From assembly GCA_937921505.1 (NCBI GenBank), contig CAKZUB010000010.1:25633-89632 (forward strand): a stretch of 64,000 nt of DNA, written 5' to 3'. A program made the translations under genes and the position numbers. The stretch comes from an uncultured Clostridia bacterium (lineage in GTDB: Bacteria > Bacillota > Clostridia > Lachnospirales > Cellulosilyticaceae). Under the pieces are notes generated by a model. That model made no database searches. It was not told where the DNA came from and saw nothing but the letters and a program-made list of their open reading frames with translations. Of this stretch, positions 48,727-59,851 are shown one piece after another (within the stretch, counting starts at the first letter, position 1; every line of letters starts with the position of its first letter).

Positions 48727-50013
48727 ATGAAAAAATATAGTATTAAGGGATTGGCATGTTTGATGATGATGGTAATGGTGCTTAATATGGGACTTGTAGG
48801 ATGCGGAAAAAAAGATGCAGCTACAGCAACCGATAAGAGCGTAAAAGCTGAAGTTAAAGCAGAAGAAAAGACAGAGACTGCAGAAGTTAAAGAAGTTGTT
48901 ATTAAGTATGGCCTTTGGGGTTCAGAAGAAGAAATCAATATTTGGAGAGAAGTAGCCAAAGATTGTGAATCCGAATACCCAGGTGTTAAAATTGAAATTC
49001 AAACTTTTCCAAGCAGTGAAGATTTCTGGAATAGCTTACCAGCACAGATTGCTGCCAAAACAGCACCAGATCTTGTTAAAGTAACAAATGAAGGAGCCTT
49101 TGAATATATCAACAAAGGGTTATTTGTTCCAATTGATGAGCATATTCAAAAAGCAAGCTTAGACATGAGCGGATACGCAGATTCTGTAAAAGATATTTGG
49201 ACAATTGATAATAAGCTCTATGCGATTCCTGTTAGTGTAGCACCATCTATGTTTTTCATTAATAAGAAGATGTGGGCTGAAGCTGGACTTGGTAATTATC
49301 CAACAACATGGGATGAAGTAGAAGTAGCAGCAGAGAAGTTAACTAAAGATGATGTAAAAGGTTTAGTTATTAATGTTCATCCTTATCACCTTACAAACTA
49401 CGCATTATCATATGGCGGCGGATGGGGTAATGGTACAACTATCAATTCTGATGCAAATGTAAAAGCAATGGAAAAAGTTGTAAGCCTTTTTGAAAAAGGA
49501 GTAGCTGTAACACCAAAAGAAGAAGGATACGGTTGGGACGGAGAAGTATTTGCTAATGGTAAAGGCGCTATGACAACTGGTGGTTACTGGTATAAAGGAT
49601 TTTTAACAAACGCTGCACCTGATTTAGAATATGCCGTTATGCCAATGCCACAAGGCACTACTAAATCTTGTACATCTCACTCAGATGCATTTGTTGTACT
49701 AAAAGATGCAGTTGATCCAGAAGCAGCAGTAAAAGCTGCACATTATTTAACAAGAGATTCAGCATTAGAAGAATTTATGGCAAAAGTAGGTACAAATCCT
49801 GCTAAACCTGCATTATCTTCAAAATATTTTGAAGTAAATCCAGAGTTTAAATTAGTAGAAGAAATGATACCTCATGGCAAAGATTTCGGTTACCCTGCTG
49901 ATACTAAGAAATTTAATGATGTGTTAATTCAAAAAATGGAAGAGAAAGTTCTTACTAAGAGTAATACAAGTATTAAAGAAATTTTAGATGAAATACAATC
50001 ACAATTTAACTAA
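48727..50013 (+). CDS. Carbohydrate ABC substrate-binding lipoprotein
   Basis: Lipobox LVG-C, APDL, LYAIP, PTTWDE. Confidence 0.9.
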   Translation: MKKYSIKGLACLMMMVMVLNMGLVGCGKKDAATATDKSVKAEVKAEEKTETAEVKEVVIKYGLWGSEEEINIWREVAKDCESEYPGVKIEIQTFPSSEDFWNSLPAQIAAKTAPDLVKVTNEGAFEYINKGLFVPIDEHIQKASLDMSGYADSVKDIWTIDNKLYAIPVSVAPSMFFINKKMWAEAGLGNYPTTWDEVEVAAEKLTKDDVKGLVINVHPYHLTNYALSYGGGWGNGTTINSDANVKAMEKVVSLFEKGVAVTPKEEGYGWDGEVFANGKGAMTTGGYWYKGFLTNAAPDLEYAVMPMPQGTTKSCTSHSDAFVVLKDAVDPEAAVKAAHYLTRDSALEEFMAKVGTNPAKPALSSKYFEVNPEFKLVEEMIPHGKDFGYPADTKKFNDVLIQKMEEKVLTKSNTSIKEILDEIQSQFN

Positions 50014-50077
50014 GAAGAAAAGATAAAAGGGAGAGAGATCCCCCTTTTTCTTATTTCTTTTATCAGAGGTGAAATAC

Positions 50078-51034
50078 ATGGAGGCTACACAACAAAAAAA
50101 CATAAATAATAAAGTAAAAAGAAAGAAGCTAAGTCAAGAATTTATTCGCTCACTAGGGGATTCGGATTGGTTTACAGGATGGCTGTTTGTAGCTCCCTTT
50201 TTATTGCTATGGGCATTTTGGTTTTTCACACCATTTATGCAATCTTTTATTCGGAGCTTTCAAGAAGTTAATTTTATTGCTTTAGAGGAAGCCAAGTTTA
50301 TTGGGCTGAAAAATTACATCGAAATTCTTAAGGATGCTGAATTTCATAAAGCAATTGCACACTCATTGATGATTGTAGTAGTTGCAGTTCCTATTCAAAC
50401 ACTCATTTCATTGATTATTGCGAGCGCATTAAATAAAAAAGTATTCGGGAAAGAAATTTTTAGAACAATTTATTCTATACCCTATATTACTTCTCCAATT
50501 GCAATTGCTACTGTATTTATGGTTTTGTTTCGAAAAGATCAGATTATGACATTGTTTTTTAAATTTTTTGGAGTACCCAATGAAACATGGTTCTCAAATA
50601 TGAAATTGGCGCTTCCCTTTGTTATGATGCTATTTATATGGCAGAAGGTTGGGTTCTTTATGATTATTTATTTAGCAGGTTTACAAGGCATACCAAAGGA
50701 GTTGTATGAAGCAGCAACAGTTGATGGAGCTAATGGATGGCAGATATTTAAAAAGGTTACCATTCCTATGTTAAGACCAGTTACATTTTTTATTGTAACA
50801 GTAGGTATTATTGATGCATTTCAAATTTATGATCAGGTTGCTGCTATTTCAAGATATGGTAACTTAGGCTCACCAGCAGGAGCTACAAGTACAGTTATTA
50901 CATACTTTTACCAACATGGTATTCGCTATATGAATATTGGATATGGTTCAGCATCTGTTATTATTTTCTTTTTAATCATTATTAGTGTAACACTACTTCA
51001 GAAATATTTGCTAGATGAAAAGGAGGGCGTATGA
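50078..51034 (+). CDS. Carbohydrate ABC permease
   Basis: LYEAATVDGA. Confidence 0.92.
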   Translation: MEATQQKNINNKVKRKKLSQEFIRSLGDSDWFTGWLFVAPFLLLWAFWFFTPFMQSFIRSFQEVNFIALEEAKFIGLKNYIEILKDAEFHKAIAHSLMIVVVAVPIQTLISLIIASALNKKVFGKEIFRTIYSIPYITSPIAIATVFMVLFRKDQIMTLFFKFFGVPNETWFSNMKLALPFVMMLFIWQKVGFFMIIYLAGLQGIPKELYEAATVDGANGWQIFKKVTIPMLRPVTFFIVTVGIIDAFQIYDQVAAISRYGNLGSPAGATSTVITYFYQHGIRYMNIGYGSASVIIFFLIIISVTLLQKYLLDEKEGV

Positions 51035-51864
51035 TGTCAGTATCAATGAAAAAGAAAATTTCAAAAGTTATTTTATATACTTTTTTACTATTTTTTGCAG
51101 TGTTATTTTTACTACCGTTTCTCTACGCCCTCTATACATCTTTTCTAGATTTAAAAGATGTAGATAAGTGGGTAGGAATATCACAATTTACATTTGATAA
51201 CTATAAGAAGTTTTGGGTCAGTGATGCATACGACTTACCAAGATGGTATTTTAACTCTATTATGATGACGGGTATTATTATTTTAGGTAACTGTATTTGC
51301 AATCCAATGGCTGCATATGCACTCGCAAAATTAAATTTTCCTGGGAAAAAAATAGTTTTTATCATTGTTTTAGCAACTATGATGATTCCCTATCATATGA
51401 TTTTGATTCCTGTGTATGTAAAAATGGCACAACTCGGGTGGCTCAATACGTTTGCTGCTTTAACCGTTCCCTATTTATTTCAAGCACTTTATATTTTTCT
51501 TCTTCGCCAGTTCTTTATTTCAATTCCAGATGAACTTATAGAAGCAGCAAGAATTGATGGGCTTACAAAGATTGGCGCATTCTTTAAGATATTATTGCCT
51601 TTATCTAAACCAGCTCTTACGACAATGGTTATTTTAAGCTTTACGGGTACATGGAATAGTTATTTGATTCCAAGTACGATGGTCAGCAACAAAGACATGT
51701 ATGTTCTTGTAGTAGGGTTAAATAGTGTAAAAGACCAATTTTTTGATCGAACAAATTTGATTATGGCGGGTGTTATTATGACGACACTTCCAGTTATTAT
51801 CATATTTTTGATTTTCCAGAAACAATATGTTGAAGGGATTGCTACTACTGGTTTGAAAGGGTAG
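51031..51864 (+). CDS. Carbohydrate ABC permease
   Basis: LIEAARIDG; C-terminal TGLKG. Confidence 0.92.
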   Translation: MMSVSMKKKISKVILYTFLLFFAVLFLLPFLYALYTSFLDLKDVDKWVGISQFTFDNYKKFWVSDAYDLPRWYFNSIMMTGIIILGNCICNPMAAYALAKLNFPGKKIVFIIVLATMMIPYHMILIPVYVKMAQLGWLNTFAALTVPYLFQALYIFLLRQFFISIPDELIEAARIDGLTKIGAFFKILLPLSKPALTTMVILSFTGTWNSYLIPSTMVSNKDMYVLVVGLNSVKDQFFDRTNLIMAGVIMTTLPVIIIFLIFQKQYVEGIATTGLKG

Positions 51865-51870
51865 GATAAA

Positions 51871-53931
51871 ATGAGAAAGAAAAATGAGAAGAATGGGGAA
51901 GGGCAGAGTTTTAGTTTTAGTATTAAGATAAGAACAAGATTAATGATCGCTTTTTTACTCATTGGCATTATTCCACTGACAATTGTAGGATATGTATCCT
52001 TCACTGGTGCTAGAAATACAGTTAAAGAACAAGTTGGTGTTTATTCAGAGGAATTAATACGTCAAACTATTAGCAATGTAAATGCTAAAATACAAGATAT
52101 AGAGAAATTATCGATGTTGATTTTTTCTAATCAAGAAATAATGACAATATTATCAAAAGATACATACAAAGATAAAATGGAGAAAGTTCGGGATATGGAT
52201 AGGTTAAGTGCCGTATTTAATGGTATTACAGTAACCAATCCGGATGTCAAAGGAGTAGCGTTATATAACCACCTTGGGGAGGTGGCTATTCCGTATTCCG
52301 CGGATGAAGGGTATAAAATTCTTTTTAAAAAGCAAATTGAAGAAAGTCATTTTAAAGAATTGGATATATATCAGAAAGTAGTCGAAAAAAATGGAGAATC
52401 AGTATGGGTTGCAGATTTCCCAGGGACAAGGAACGAAATCTACTTAATACGCAAGTTATCTAATCCACTAGTAGAAAAGGATTTAGGGGTGATGTTAATT
52501 GCTCTTGATGATACTGCTTTTAAACAAGTTTATACAGATGTAGAGTTAGGGCAGAACACTGATATTTACATGTTAAATGATCAGCAGAAAATGATTATGA
52601 ACCCAGAAGACAATACTACCGAGAAAAAGAGAGCAAGTTCCTACTTAGAGGAGATATACAAAGAGAATACGGTAGGAAGAAGTATCCAAGGGCGATATTT
52701 ACTTGCATATGGAACTTGTATTAATGGATGGAAACTTATTGCGGAGATTCCAGTTTTGACTCTTATGGAAAATATGAACCGCGTAGGGGTTATGGTACTA
52801 ATTGTAGCGATGCTTTGCATAGTGGCTGCACTGATTATCGCAATGCGTATAGCGACAGATATTTCAAGACCCATTCAGAGTATTGTAAAACTCATGAAGC
52901 AAGTACAACAAGGGGATTTAACTGTTCATTCTGATGTAAAAGGGCATAATGAGATGGCACAGCTATCAGATGGCTTTAATGTAATGGTTGCAGATATCCG
53001 AAATCTTATTGAAGAAATTAATAAGGCTTCAAATATTGTTGCAAATGTTACGCAAGCAGCCAGCATAGTAGCTCAAGAATCCAATATGTCTGCTAAACAG
53101 ATTGCGGGTGCCATTGAAGAGGTGTCTAAAGGAACTTCAGAACAAGCAGAAGATGCTGATAAAGCAGCCAAAACCATCGCACATCTTGCGGTCAAGCTTA
53201 ATGATGTAGAACGTAATATAGATATTGTAAATGATGTCACACAGACAATTAAAAAAATTGGAGATAGTGCGGCGCATACCGTGTCTGTTTTGAATGATAA
53301 AACGCGCCAGTCCATTGACATAACCCATCATATCCGACAAAATATCCAACAGCTGCATAGCCGTGCCCAAGAAATTATTAAGATCGTTAATGTGATTCAA
53401 GAAATCAGCGATCAAACAAACTTGCTTTCACTAAATGCAGCGATTGAGGCAGCACGAGCAGGACATGCAGGCAAGGGGTTTGCTGTAGTGGCTGAAGAAG
53501 TCCGTAAATTGGCGAATGGGTCAAAAGATGCAACACATATGATCAGTGAGTTGGTTGAAGCTATTCAAAAAGATACTAAGAGTACCGTAGAAGTTGTTTG
53601 TAAGGCTAATCAAATCTTTGAAGAACAAGAAATAACCGTAGGGGAAACGGACACCGCATTTCGAAAGATTGTCCAGTCACTGCAGTCTATTATGGAGCAG
53701 GTAAGACAAGTTAATCTTTCTATTAAAGATGTAGATGCAGCAAAAGGAAAAGCGACTCAGTCCATCAGGGATATAGCTGCTGTTACGCAACAATCTGCAG
53801 CTGCAGCCGAAGAAGTTGCAGCTACCAGTGAGGGGCAAACAGAATTAGCTGAACACTTATCCCAGTTAGTAAAGCAGTTAATGGATATTGTACAACAATT
53901 ACAGCAGGCTATGAATCGCTTTCAATTTTAA
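51871..53931 (+). CDS. Methyl-accepting chemotaxis protein (dCache-HAMP)
   Basis: [34 protein letters not shown]; two TMs. Confidence 0.95.
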   Translation: MRKKNEKNGEGQSFSFSIKIRTRLMIAFLLIGIIPLTIVGYVSFTGARNTVKEQVGVYSEELIRQTISNVNAKIQDIEKLSMLIFSNQEIMTILSKDTYKDKMEKVRDMDRLSAVFNGITVTNPDVKGVALYNHLGEVAIPYSADEGYKILFKKQIEESHFKELDIYQKVVEKNGESVWVADFPGTRNEIYLIRKLSNPLVEKDLGVMLIALDDTAFKQVYTDVELGQNTDIYMLNDQQKMIMNPEDNTTEKKRASSYLEEIYKENTVGRSIQGRYLLAYGTCINGWKLIAEIPVLTLMENMNRVGVMVLIVAMLCIVAALIIAMRIATDISRPIQSIVKLMKQVQQGDLTVHSDVKGHNEMAQLSDGFNVMVADIRNLIEEINKASNIVANVTQAASIVAQESNMSAKQIAGAIEEVSKGTSEQAEDADKAAKTIAHLAVKLNDVERNIDIVNDVTQTIKKIGDSAAHTVSVLNDKTRQSIDITHHIRQNIQQLHSRAQEIIKIVNVIQEISDQTNLLSLNAAIEAARAGHAGKGFAVVAEEVRKLANGSKDATHMISELVEAIQKDTKSTVEVVCKANQIFEEQEITVGETDTAFRKIVQSLQSIMEQVRQVNLSIKDVDAAKGKATQSIRDIAAVTQQSAAAAEEVAATSEGQTELAEHLSQLVKQLMDIVQQLQQAMNRFQF

Positions 53932-53998
53932 CTGTTCTTTCATTACTATACCCATTGTAGGCCGTAAGCTTTACTTATGATACTGCCACAAATAAACA

Positions 53999-54040
53999 TA
54001 TAAAAGCATTAGAACAGTAGTTTGTTCTAACGCTTTTATA
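53999..54040 (+). terminator. Terminator hairpin
   Basis: TATAAAAGCATTAGAACA / TGTTCTAACGCTTTTATA. Confidence 0.75.
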
Positions 54041-54090
54041 CGTTTTAGGAGAATAAAGATTATAAAAAATGCAAATATCTAAGGTATTCT

Positions 54091-54231
54091 AAAGCACATA
54101 GAGGCCGGGGGCTGATGGGACGTTTGATCTTTGAACTTGAGAAGGAAATGAAAAACAGAGAGTATAAAGTGCTCTATAGTACAGCTAGAGCAATCACGGT
54201 AGGCATGAATATTTGGGTGAAGGAGTTATAG
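54091..54231 (+). pseudogene. Internal fragment of an AblB-like (beta-lysine N-acetyltransferase) GNAT gene
   Basis: KAHRGRGLMGRLIFELEKEMKNREYKVLYSTARAITVGMNIW; RGxG acetyl-CoA motif and ARA..GMN; no credible start. Confidence 0.6.
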
Positions 54232-54235
54232 GGAA

Positions 54236-54266
54236 AGTGGCAGGCGCTAAGGCTTGCTGCTTTTTT
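54236..54266 (+). terminator. Intrinsic terminator
   Basis: AAGTGGCAGGC / GCTTGCTGCTT plus T-run. Confidence 0.65.
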
Positions 54267-54279
54267 AATATTTTACGCT

Positions 54280-54310
54280 ATCGTAATATTTTCTTCCTTA
54301 ATTAATATTA
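54280..54310. repeat. 31-bp repeat, copy 1
   Basis: ATCGTAATATTTTCTTCCTTAATTAATATTA; 29/31 identical to 61830-61860. Confidence 0.85.
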
Positions 54311-54425
54311 CAACGTTTTATTCGACAAACTTATAAAGTATGATATTAATAATATAAAAAGATTATTAATGTATATCTTATATCTAGATGGAATCTAAAG
54401 AACATGTAATTGTAAAGGAGAAACT

Positions 54426-56282
54426 ATGATGAGTGATAAGAATATTATTTGGGTATTATCAGATGAAAATCTCGCAGTAAGCTTTACAGAAAATGAGCAT
54501 ATTTTACGAGTTACAGATCTAAGAATTAATAAAACATGGGAACAGATGCCGATTGGAGATGGGTTAATAGTTAAAACTGTGTCACGCAGTGGCAATGTTC
54601 TGAACTTGGAAATAGAGGGGCCTATTAAGTTCACTGCTACGATTGAACTGACAGATACCTCAGAAGTACTCTACACCATTTCAGCTGATCCAAGTGCTCA
54701 GTTTGATAAGATTAGTTTTCCGCCTGCTTTTGTAACGCCTGATAAAGAGCATTATCTACTTCAAACAGACAGTCAAGGCTTGTTATTACCTGTAGAAGAT
54801 ACGTTTTATCCTCTAGAAGAACATCTCATTTTCAATTGTGCCGGGGGACCTGGCATGGCTTGGATGGGTGTCACAGATACGGCTTTGGAAACGGGTTATA
54901 TGGCAATTTTTGAATCCCCTTTTGATGCGGCTGTCCTGCCACTGCGCGCTAATGGGTTGATTACCTTTTCACATATTTTGTTAAGTTCTATGACAAAATT
55001 CAGCTATGAACGCAAAATACGTTTTGTTTTTTTTCATCAAGGGGGCTATGTTGCGCAGTGTAAAAGGTATAGAGCGTATGCTTGGCCAAAAAATCAGGTG
55101 AAAACACTTAAAGAAAATCAAAAACGCTTCCCGGCGATTGAAAAGATTATGGGGGCCATACATATGTATCTTTGGGACGAAGCAAGAGAAGTAAGCTTTG
55201 CGAAAAAAATGAAAAAGGCTGGTATCGACAAAGCCTTAATTCTATGGGATGCCAACCACCTACCCTATCCAGAAAAAGACTATGACAATAGACTTAAAGA
55301 GCTTGGCTATGCAACGGGGGGATATGAACTCTTTAATGATATTCATCCAGATTCCTATCCAGGCAATGCAGAAATAAAAGATATGCCTTTCAAAAGAAAT
55401 GTTTTCCCAGGTTTATTTGAAAAAATAACCTCACGTAAAAGGGATGGTTCTAAATATTCGAATGAATTTGGAACATATGTATGCCCTAAGGCAGTTCGAC
55501 CTGAAATTATCAAACGTGTTGAAAAAGAACTCAGTGTCTACCCTCATGAAACTTATTTCTTGGATGTCTATCAAGCAAATGGCATCTACGAGTGTCACCA
55601 TCCAGAGCACCCACTGACACGCAAGCAGTTTACAGAAGAAGTTATTAAAAACTACCAGCTCCTAGAAGATAAGTACAATACTTTTGTGGGTGGGGAATTT
55701 GGCGCAGATTATGTGGGATCTCACGGTGTTTATGTTCATGGTATGATGACCTTACAACGTACGTGGTTTAATTCTATAGCTGATCATAAGGGTACAATTT
55801 ATTACAAAGGTAATTGGGATGAGAATGTCCGTCCTTCCATTATGCTCACTGATCATACAGCGTCTGAAACCTATCATCAATATGGTATTAATGAATATAC
55901 CCGTGTGCCTTTGTATGAACTGGTTTATCACGATGCGGTGGTGACTTCTTGGAGATGGGAAGATGGTAATCCACAATGTCCAGAAATCTGGTGGAAGAAG
56001 GATTTGTTCAATATTCTATATGGTTCTGCACCTCTTTGGATCATCGATCAAGAACGTTGGGAAAAGCACCATGTGACCTTCATTGAGAGCTATCAGAAAG
56101 TTTGCACTTGGTTACAACAGATTTGTTACGATGAACTTGTGGCTCATCGTTTTATCAGTGAAGACCGTAAGATCCAAGAATCTGTATTTTCTTCTGGAAA
56201 ACATGTGGTTGTGAATTTTGGTGATAAGCCGTATAGGTACGGTGAACAAGAAATTAATGCACGTGACTTCATAACCTTTTAA
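54426..56282 (+). CDS. Putative glycoside hydrolase (GH129/GH101-like TIM barrel)
   Basis: YFLDVY..ECHHPEHPLTR, GGEFG, RVPLYELVYHDAVV, ILYGSAPLW; no signal peptide. Confidence 0.65.
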   Translation: MMSDKNIIWVLSDENLAVSFTENEHILRVTDLRINKTWEQMPIGDGLIVKTVSRSGNVLNLEIEGPIKFTATIELTDTSEVLYTISADPSAQFDKISFPPAFVTPDKEHYLLQTDSQGLLLPVEDTFYPLEEHLIFNCAGGPGMAWMGVTDTALETGYMAIFESPFDAAVLPLRANGLITFSHILLSSMTKFSYERKIRFVFFHQGGYVAQCKRYRAYAWPKNQVKTLKENQKRFPAIEKIMGAIHMYLWDEAREVSFAKKMKKAGIDKALILWDANHLPYPEKDYDNRLKELGYATGGYELFNDIHPDSYPGNAEIKDMPFKRNVFPGLFEKITSRKRDGSKYSNEFGTYVCPKAVRPEIIKRVEKELSVYPHETYFLDVYQANGIYECHHPEHPLTRKQFTEEVIKNYQLLEDKYNTFVGGEFGADYVGSHGVYVHGMMTLQRTWFNSIADHKGTIYYKGNWDENVRPSIMLTDHTASETYHQYGINEYTRVPLYELVYHDAVVTSWRWEDGNPQCPEIWWKKDLFNILYGSAPLWIIDQERWEKHHVTFIESYQKVCTWLQQICYDELVAHRFISEDRKIQESVFSSGKHVVVNFGDKPYRYGEQEINARDFITF

Positions 56283-56336
56283 AAAGTTTACGACCAGCAT
56301 TTTATCGCAATTACGGATTAGAAAGGAAGGTTTGGT

Positions 56337-58436
56337 ATGCATGCTATTTTAGAAAATGAGTTTTTAAAAATCGAGTTTGATGAAAAAACAGGGGCTATAA
56401 TAGGTATTTTGAATAAAAAAACCGATTGGCAGTTGATAAGACAGCCCAAATTGAGCTGTGGAATCCGGCTTTTAGTTCCAATGAAGGAGCATAGAAACAA
56501 TAAAGCACTCAGTCAATTTCAACAACTTTCAAGTATAAAGAAGGTTAGCGAGCAGGAATGTATACTTTTATGGGAGAATATAACCGCTAATCATTCAGGC
56601 AAATTGCCTATTAGGGTAGAAATGAATGTGAAAATCTGTCGTGATCAAATGGAGTTTAGGGTTTCTGTTCATAATAAGTCACCTTACATCATTGAAGAAG
56701 TTTGGACACCTTGTCTTGGTGGTATAAGAGAGCCTTATGGAACTGAGCCTATCAAATCATTAACACTGACTCAAATTGCAGGATTTAATGAGCAGGTGTT
56801 AGGTGACGGTTACCACAGCTGGGGCTATTTTGGAGTAGATCATCCTACGAACATTCATACTTTCCCTGGGACAAATTGCCAGCTTCCTTTCATGCTATTG
56901 ACCCGTGATAATGAAGGCGTTTATATAGGAATGCATAGTAAGGAGATTGACGTAGTTAGTTTTATCAACGAATTGGTTCCGGGATATACCAATAGTTGTC
57001 ATACCAAAATACCAAAAGGAGATGATATAGGAGGTCAGCCGGCAGGTTTTGTTGTGAGTGCAGCTCAATTGCCCTTTATCACCCCAGGTGAAAAAAGAGA
57101 GTTAGCACCAATCATTATTGGCTTATTTGAAGGAACTTGGCATAAGGGAATCACATTTTATCAAAATTGGCGCAGTACATGGTTTGCTAAAAAACCTCAG
57201 CCCAAGTGGCTAGGCGAGGTGGATTGTTGGATGACCCTTCAGATGAATTCTTCAGAAGACTGCTGCAAGTATAAATATACGGATTTGCCGAGCATTATGC
57301 GAGAAGCAAAGGCGCAGGGAGTACAAGCTTTGCAGCTTATAGGTTGGGCAATTGGTGGACAAGATGGGTTGGAACCGCTTCAAGATACAGATGACCGCCT
57401 TGGCACATGGGAAGAATTAAGAGCTGCTATAGAAGAAATAGAACAAATGGGCATTCGTGTGCTATTGATGTGTAAGTTTAAATGGGCAGATCAAGCGTAT
57501 GAAGGGTTTAAAGACGAATTACTTCCACATACCATGAAGGATATGTATGGAAATTACACACAGTTTGGCGGATATACCTATCAAACAATTACGCAGCACT
57601 TGCAAGGCGCAAGTCGCAGAAGTGGGGCAGGTCTGTGCCACTGCTCAAAAGCGTATAGAGAATTTGCTCTAAAGGAATTCGATAAAATTGTGGAGCTGAA
57701 ACCGAGTGGCATACTGTATGATGAATTATCAAGTGACCTATTGGTGTGTTTTGACCAAGAACATGGGCATTCATGGGGAGAAAGTAATTTCAAAGGAACG
57801 ATGAAATTATCAGAAGAGTTTTATGAGAGAGTGCATAGCAAATATCCAGAGTTTTTATTTGCTGCAGAAGGGGTACTAGATCCGATAGCTCAAATCTATG
57901 CAGTTAATTATATAAGATCCTCGGGAGGAACATGGGGAGGGCCACATTACACACCAGCTTGGAAGTATATGGATAGTGACATGAAGTTTGCGACTTGCAT
58001 CATTGGGTTTGATGACAGGGAAATGATTAATCAATGTCTGGTGCAAGGTCACATCATCAATTATGAAGCCCACAATTTTAAAGGAACTGTTACTGAAATA
58101 CCGTTAACAATAGCGTATGGACAAAGTGCATTGCGTCTTAGACGTCACTTGTGGGACTATATATGGCAAGGTAAATTTTTAGACACTGTAGGCGCTCGTG
58201 TGGTGTGTGAAGAAAAAGAGGCTGATATTATTTACTCTGTATTTGAAAATAAGTTTAATGGTAAAAAAGCATATGTTGTTGCCAATCAGAGTGAAACTCA
58301 AGTGGATGTAAAGCTTGTCACAAGCGATACGCATAATAACTTTAAATTATATGAAATAGAGGTATGTGAAGGAATTAAAAGTAACGGCTGCGCAACTATA
58401 TGCCCGAGGTCACTGGTAGTCTTTGTAGAGGAGTAG
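56337..58436 (+). CDS. DUF6259-like putative glycoside hydrolase
   Basis: IGWAIGGQD..P..DDRLGTWEEL, GILYDE, FAAEG, similar to GH36/GH27-clan barrels. Confidence 0.6.
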   Translation: MHAILENEFLKIEFDEKTGAIIGILNKKTDWQLIRQPKLSCGIRLLVPMKEHRNNKALSQFQQLSSIKKVSEQECILLWENITANHSGKLPIRVEMNVKICRDQMEFRVSVHNKSPYIIEEVWTPCLGGIREPYGTEPIKSLTLTQIAGFNEQVLGDGYHSWGYFGVDHPTNIHTFPGTNCQLPFMLLTRDNEGVYIGMHSKEIDVVSFINELVPGYTNSCHTKIPKGDDIGGQPAGFVVSAAQLPFITPGEKRELAPIIIGLFEGTWHKGITFYQNWRSTWFAKKPQPKWLGEVDCWMTLQMNSSEDCCKYKYTDLPSIMREAKAQGVQALQLIGWAIGGQDGLEPLQDTDDRLGTWEELRAAIEEIEQMGIRVLLMCKFKWADQAYEGFKDELLPHTMKDMYGNYTQFGGYTYQTITQHLQGASRRSGAGLCHCSKAYREFALKEFDKIVELKPSGILYDELSSDLLVCFDQEHGHSWGESNFKGTMKLSEEFYERVHSKYPEFLFAAEGVLDPIAQIYAVNYIRSSGGTWGGPHYTPAWKYMDSDMKFATCIIGFDDREMINQCLVQGHIINYEAHNFKGTVTEIPLTIAYGQSALRLRRHLWDYIWQGKFLDTVGARVVCEEKEADIIYSVFENKFNGKKAYVVANQSETQVDVKLVTSDTHNNFKLYEIEVCEGIKSNGCATICPRSLVVFVEE

Positions 58437-58475
58437 GCTTATATAAAAGAATTATTGATGAAAGGAAAATTAAAA

Positions 58476-59792
58476 ATGAAAATAACTAAATGGATATCAA
58501 CATCCAACGAATCTCCTTGGTCGGAGGAAAAGATTGTTTTATCAAACAACGTGCAACATAAACTAGAAGTGGTTGGAGAAGACCAAATCATTGAGGGGTT
58601 GGGTGGCTGCTTTAACGAAATAGGTTGGGACGCCTTGCTTAAATTACCAGAAGAGAAAATTGATGAAGCAATGATGGCTTTGTTTTCAAAAGAAGGTTGT
58701 CATTTTAACTTTTGCCGACTACCTATTGGAGCAAGTGATTATGCTTTAGAATGGTATGATTTGAGCCCAGTCGAAGAAGATTATGAAATGGAACATTTTA
58801 CAATAGACAGAGATTATAAATACCTTATCCCTTATGTTAAACGAGCGCTTGAAATAAATCCTAATATCAAGTTCTTTTCATCACCATGGAGTCCGCCAGT
58901 GTGGATGAAATATCCAAAAGCCTATAATCATGGTACTGTAAGACAAGAGTCGGATGTATTACGTGCTTATGCCAATTATTTTGTGAAATACGTGCAGGCT
59001 TATGAAGCAGAAGGTATTCACGTTGAGCAGATTCATATTCAAAATGAACCCATGTCAGACCAAAAATTCCCTTCCTGTATTTGGACTGGTGAAGAATTTA
59101 GAGTTTTCATAAAAGATTATATTGGACCGGCCTTTAGAGAACATGGCATAAAGTCTAAAATTTGGCTAGGAACTATAAATGGTCCAGAGACGGACTACAG
59201 ATCACCGATTACGCGCTATGACCAATATGCAAACCTGGTTCTCTCAGATGCCGAGGCGTATCCCTTTGTTGAAGGCGTTAGTTATCAATGGGCGGGGAAA
59301 TATGCTATCCAACAGACTAGAGAGAGTTGGCCAGAAATGAAATACATGCAATCTGAAAATGAATGTGGCGATGGGAAAAATACCTGGACATATGCAAAGT
59401 ACATTTTTGAGCTTACCAATCATTATTTTAGAAATGGTGTCAATTATTTTATTTATTGGAATATGGTGTTACCACTAAATGGTAAAAGTACGTGGGGATG
59501 GGAACAAAACACCATGATTAATGTGAATGCAGAAACTAAGGACATCGTTTACAACCACGAATTTTATTTAATGAAACATTATACACACTTTGTTAAGCAA
59601 GCTGCGAAGCGGTTAAAGACGATAGGGGCTTTTACGTCAAATGCTACAGCGTTTATGAACCCGGATGGTGAAATCGTCATAGTTGTTGGTAATTTGTTTG
59701 ACCACAAACGGGAATTTACATTTGAGTATAAGGGTGAAACCGTTAGTATTCAGCTTAAAAAAGATTCAATTCACACGATCTGCTTAAGATAA
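58476..59792 (+). CDS. Glycoside hydrolase family 30
   Basis: RLPIGASDYA, SPWSPPVWMK, QNEP acid/base, QSENECG nucleophile, YWNMVL. Confidence 0.9.
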   Translation: MKITKWISTSNESPWSEEKIVLSNNVQHKLEVVGEDQIIEGLGGCFNEIGWDALLKLPEEKIDEAMMALFSKEGCHFNFCRLPIGASDYALEWYDLSPVEEDYEMEHFTIDRDYKYLIPYVKRALEINPNIKFFSSPWSPPVWMKYPKAYNHGTVRQESDVLRAYANYFVKYVQAYEAEGIHVEQIHIQNEPMSDQKFPSCIWTGEEFRVFIKDYIGPAFREHGIKSKIWLGTINGPETDYRSPITRYDQYANLVLSDAEAYPFVEGVSYQWAGKYAIQQTRESWPEMKYMQSENECGDGKNTWTYAKYIFELTNHYFRNGVNYFIYWNMVLPLNGKSTWGWEQNTMINVNAETKDIVYNHEFYLMKHYTHFVKQAAKRLKTIGAFTSNATAFMNPDGEIVIVVGNLFDHKREFTFEYKGETVSIQLKKDSIHTICLR

Positions 59793-59851
59793 ATTGTTTT
59801 TTGGAATGACTTAAGAAGGGGATTAACATCTTATTTTTAGGAGATGAAGGA

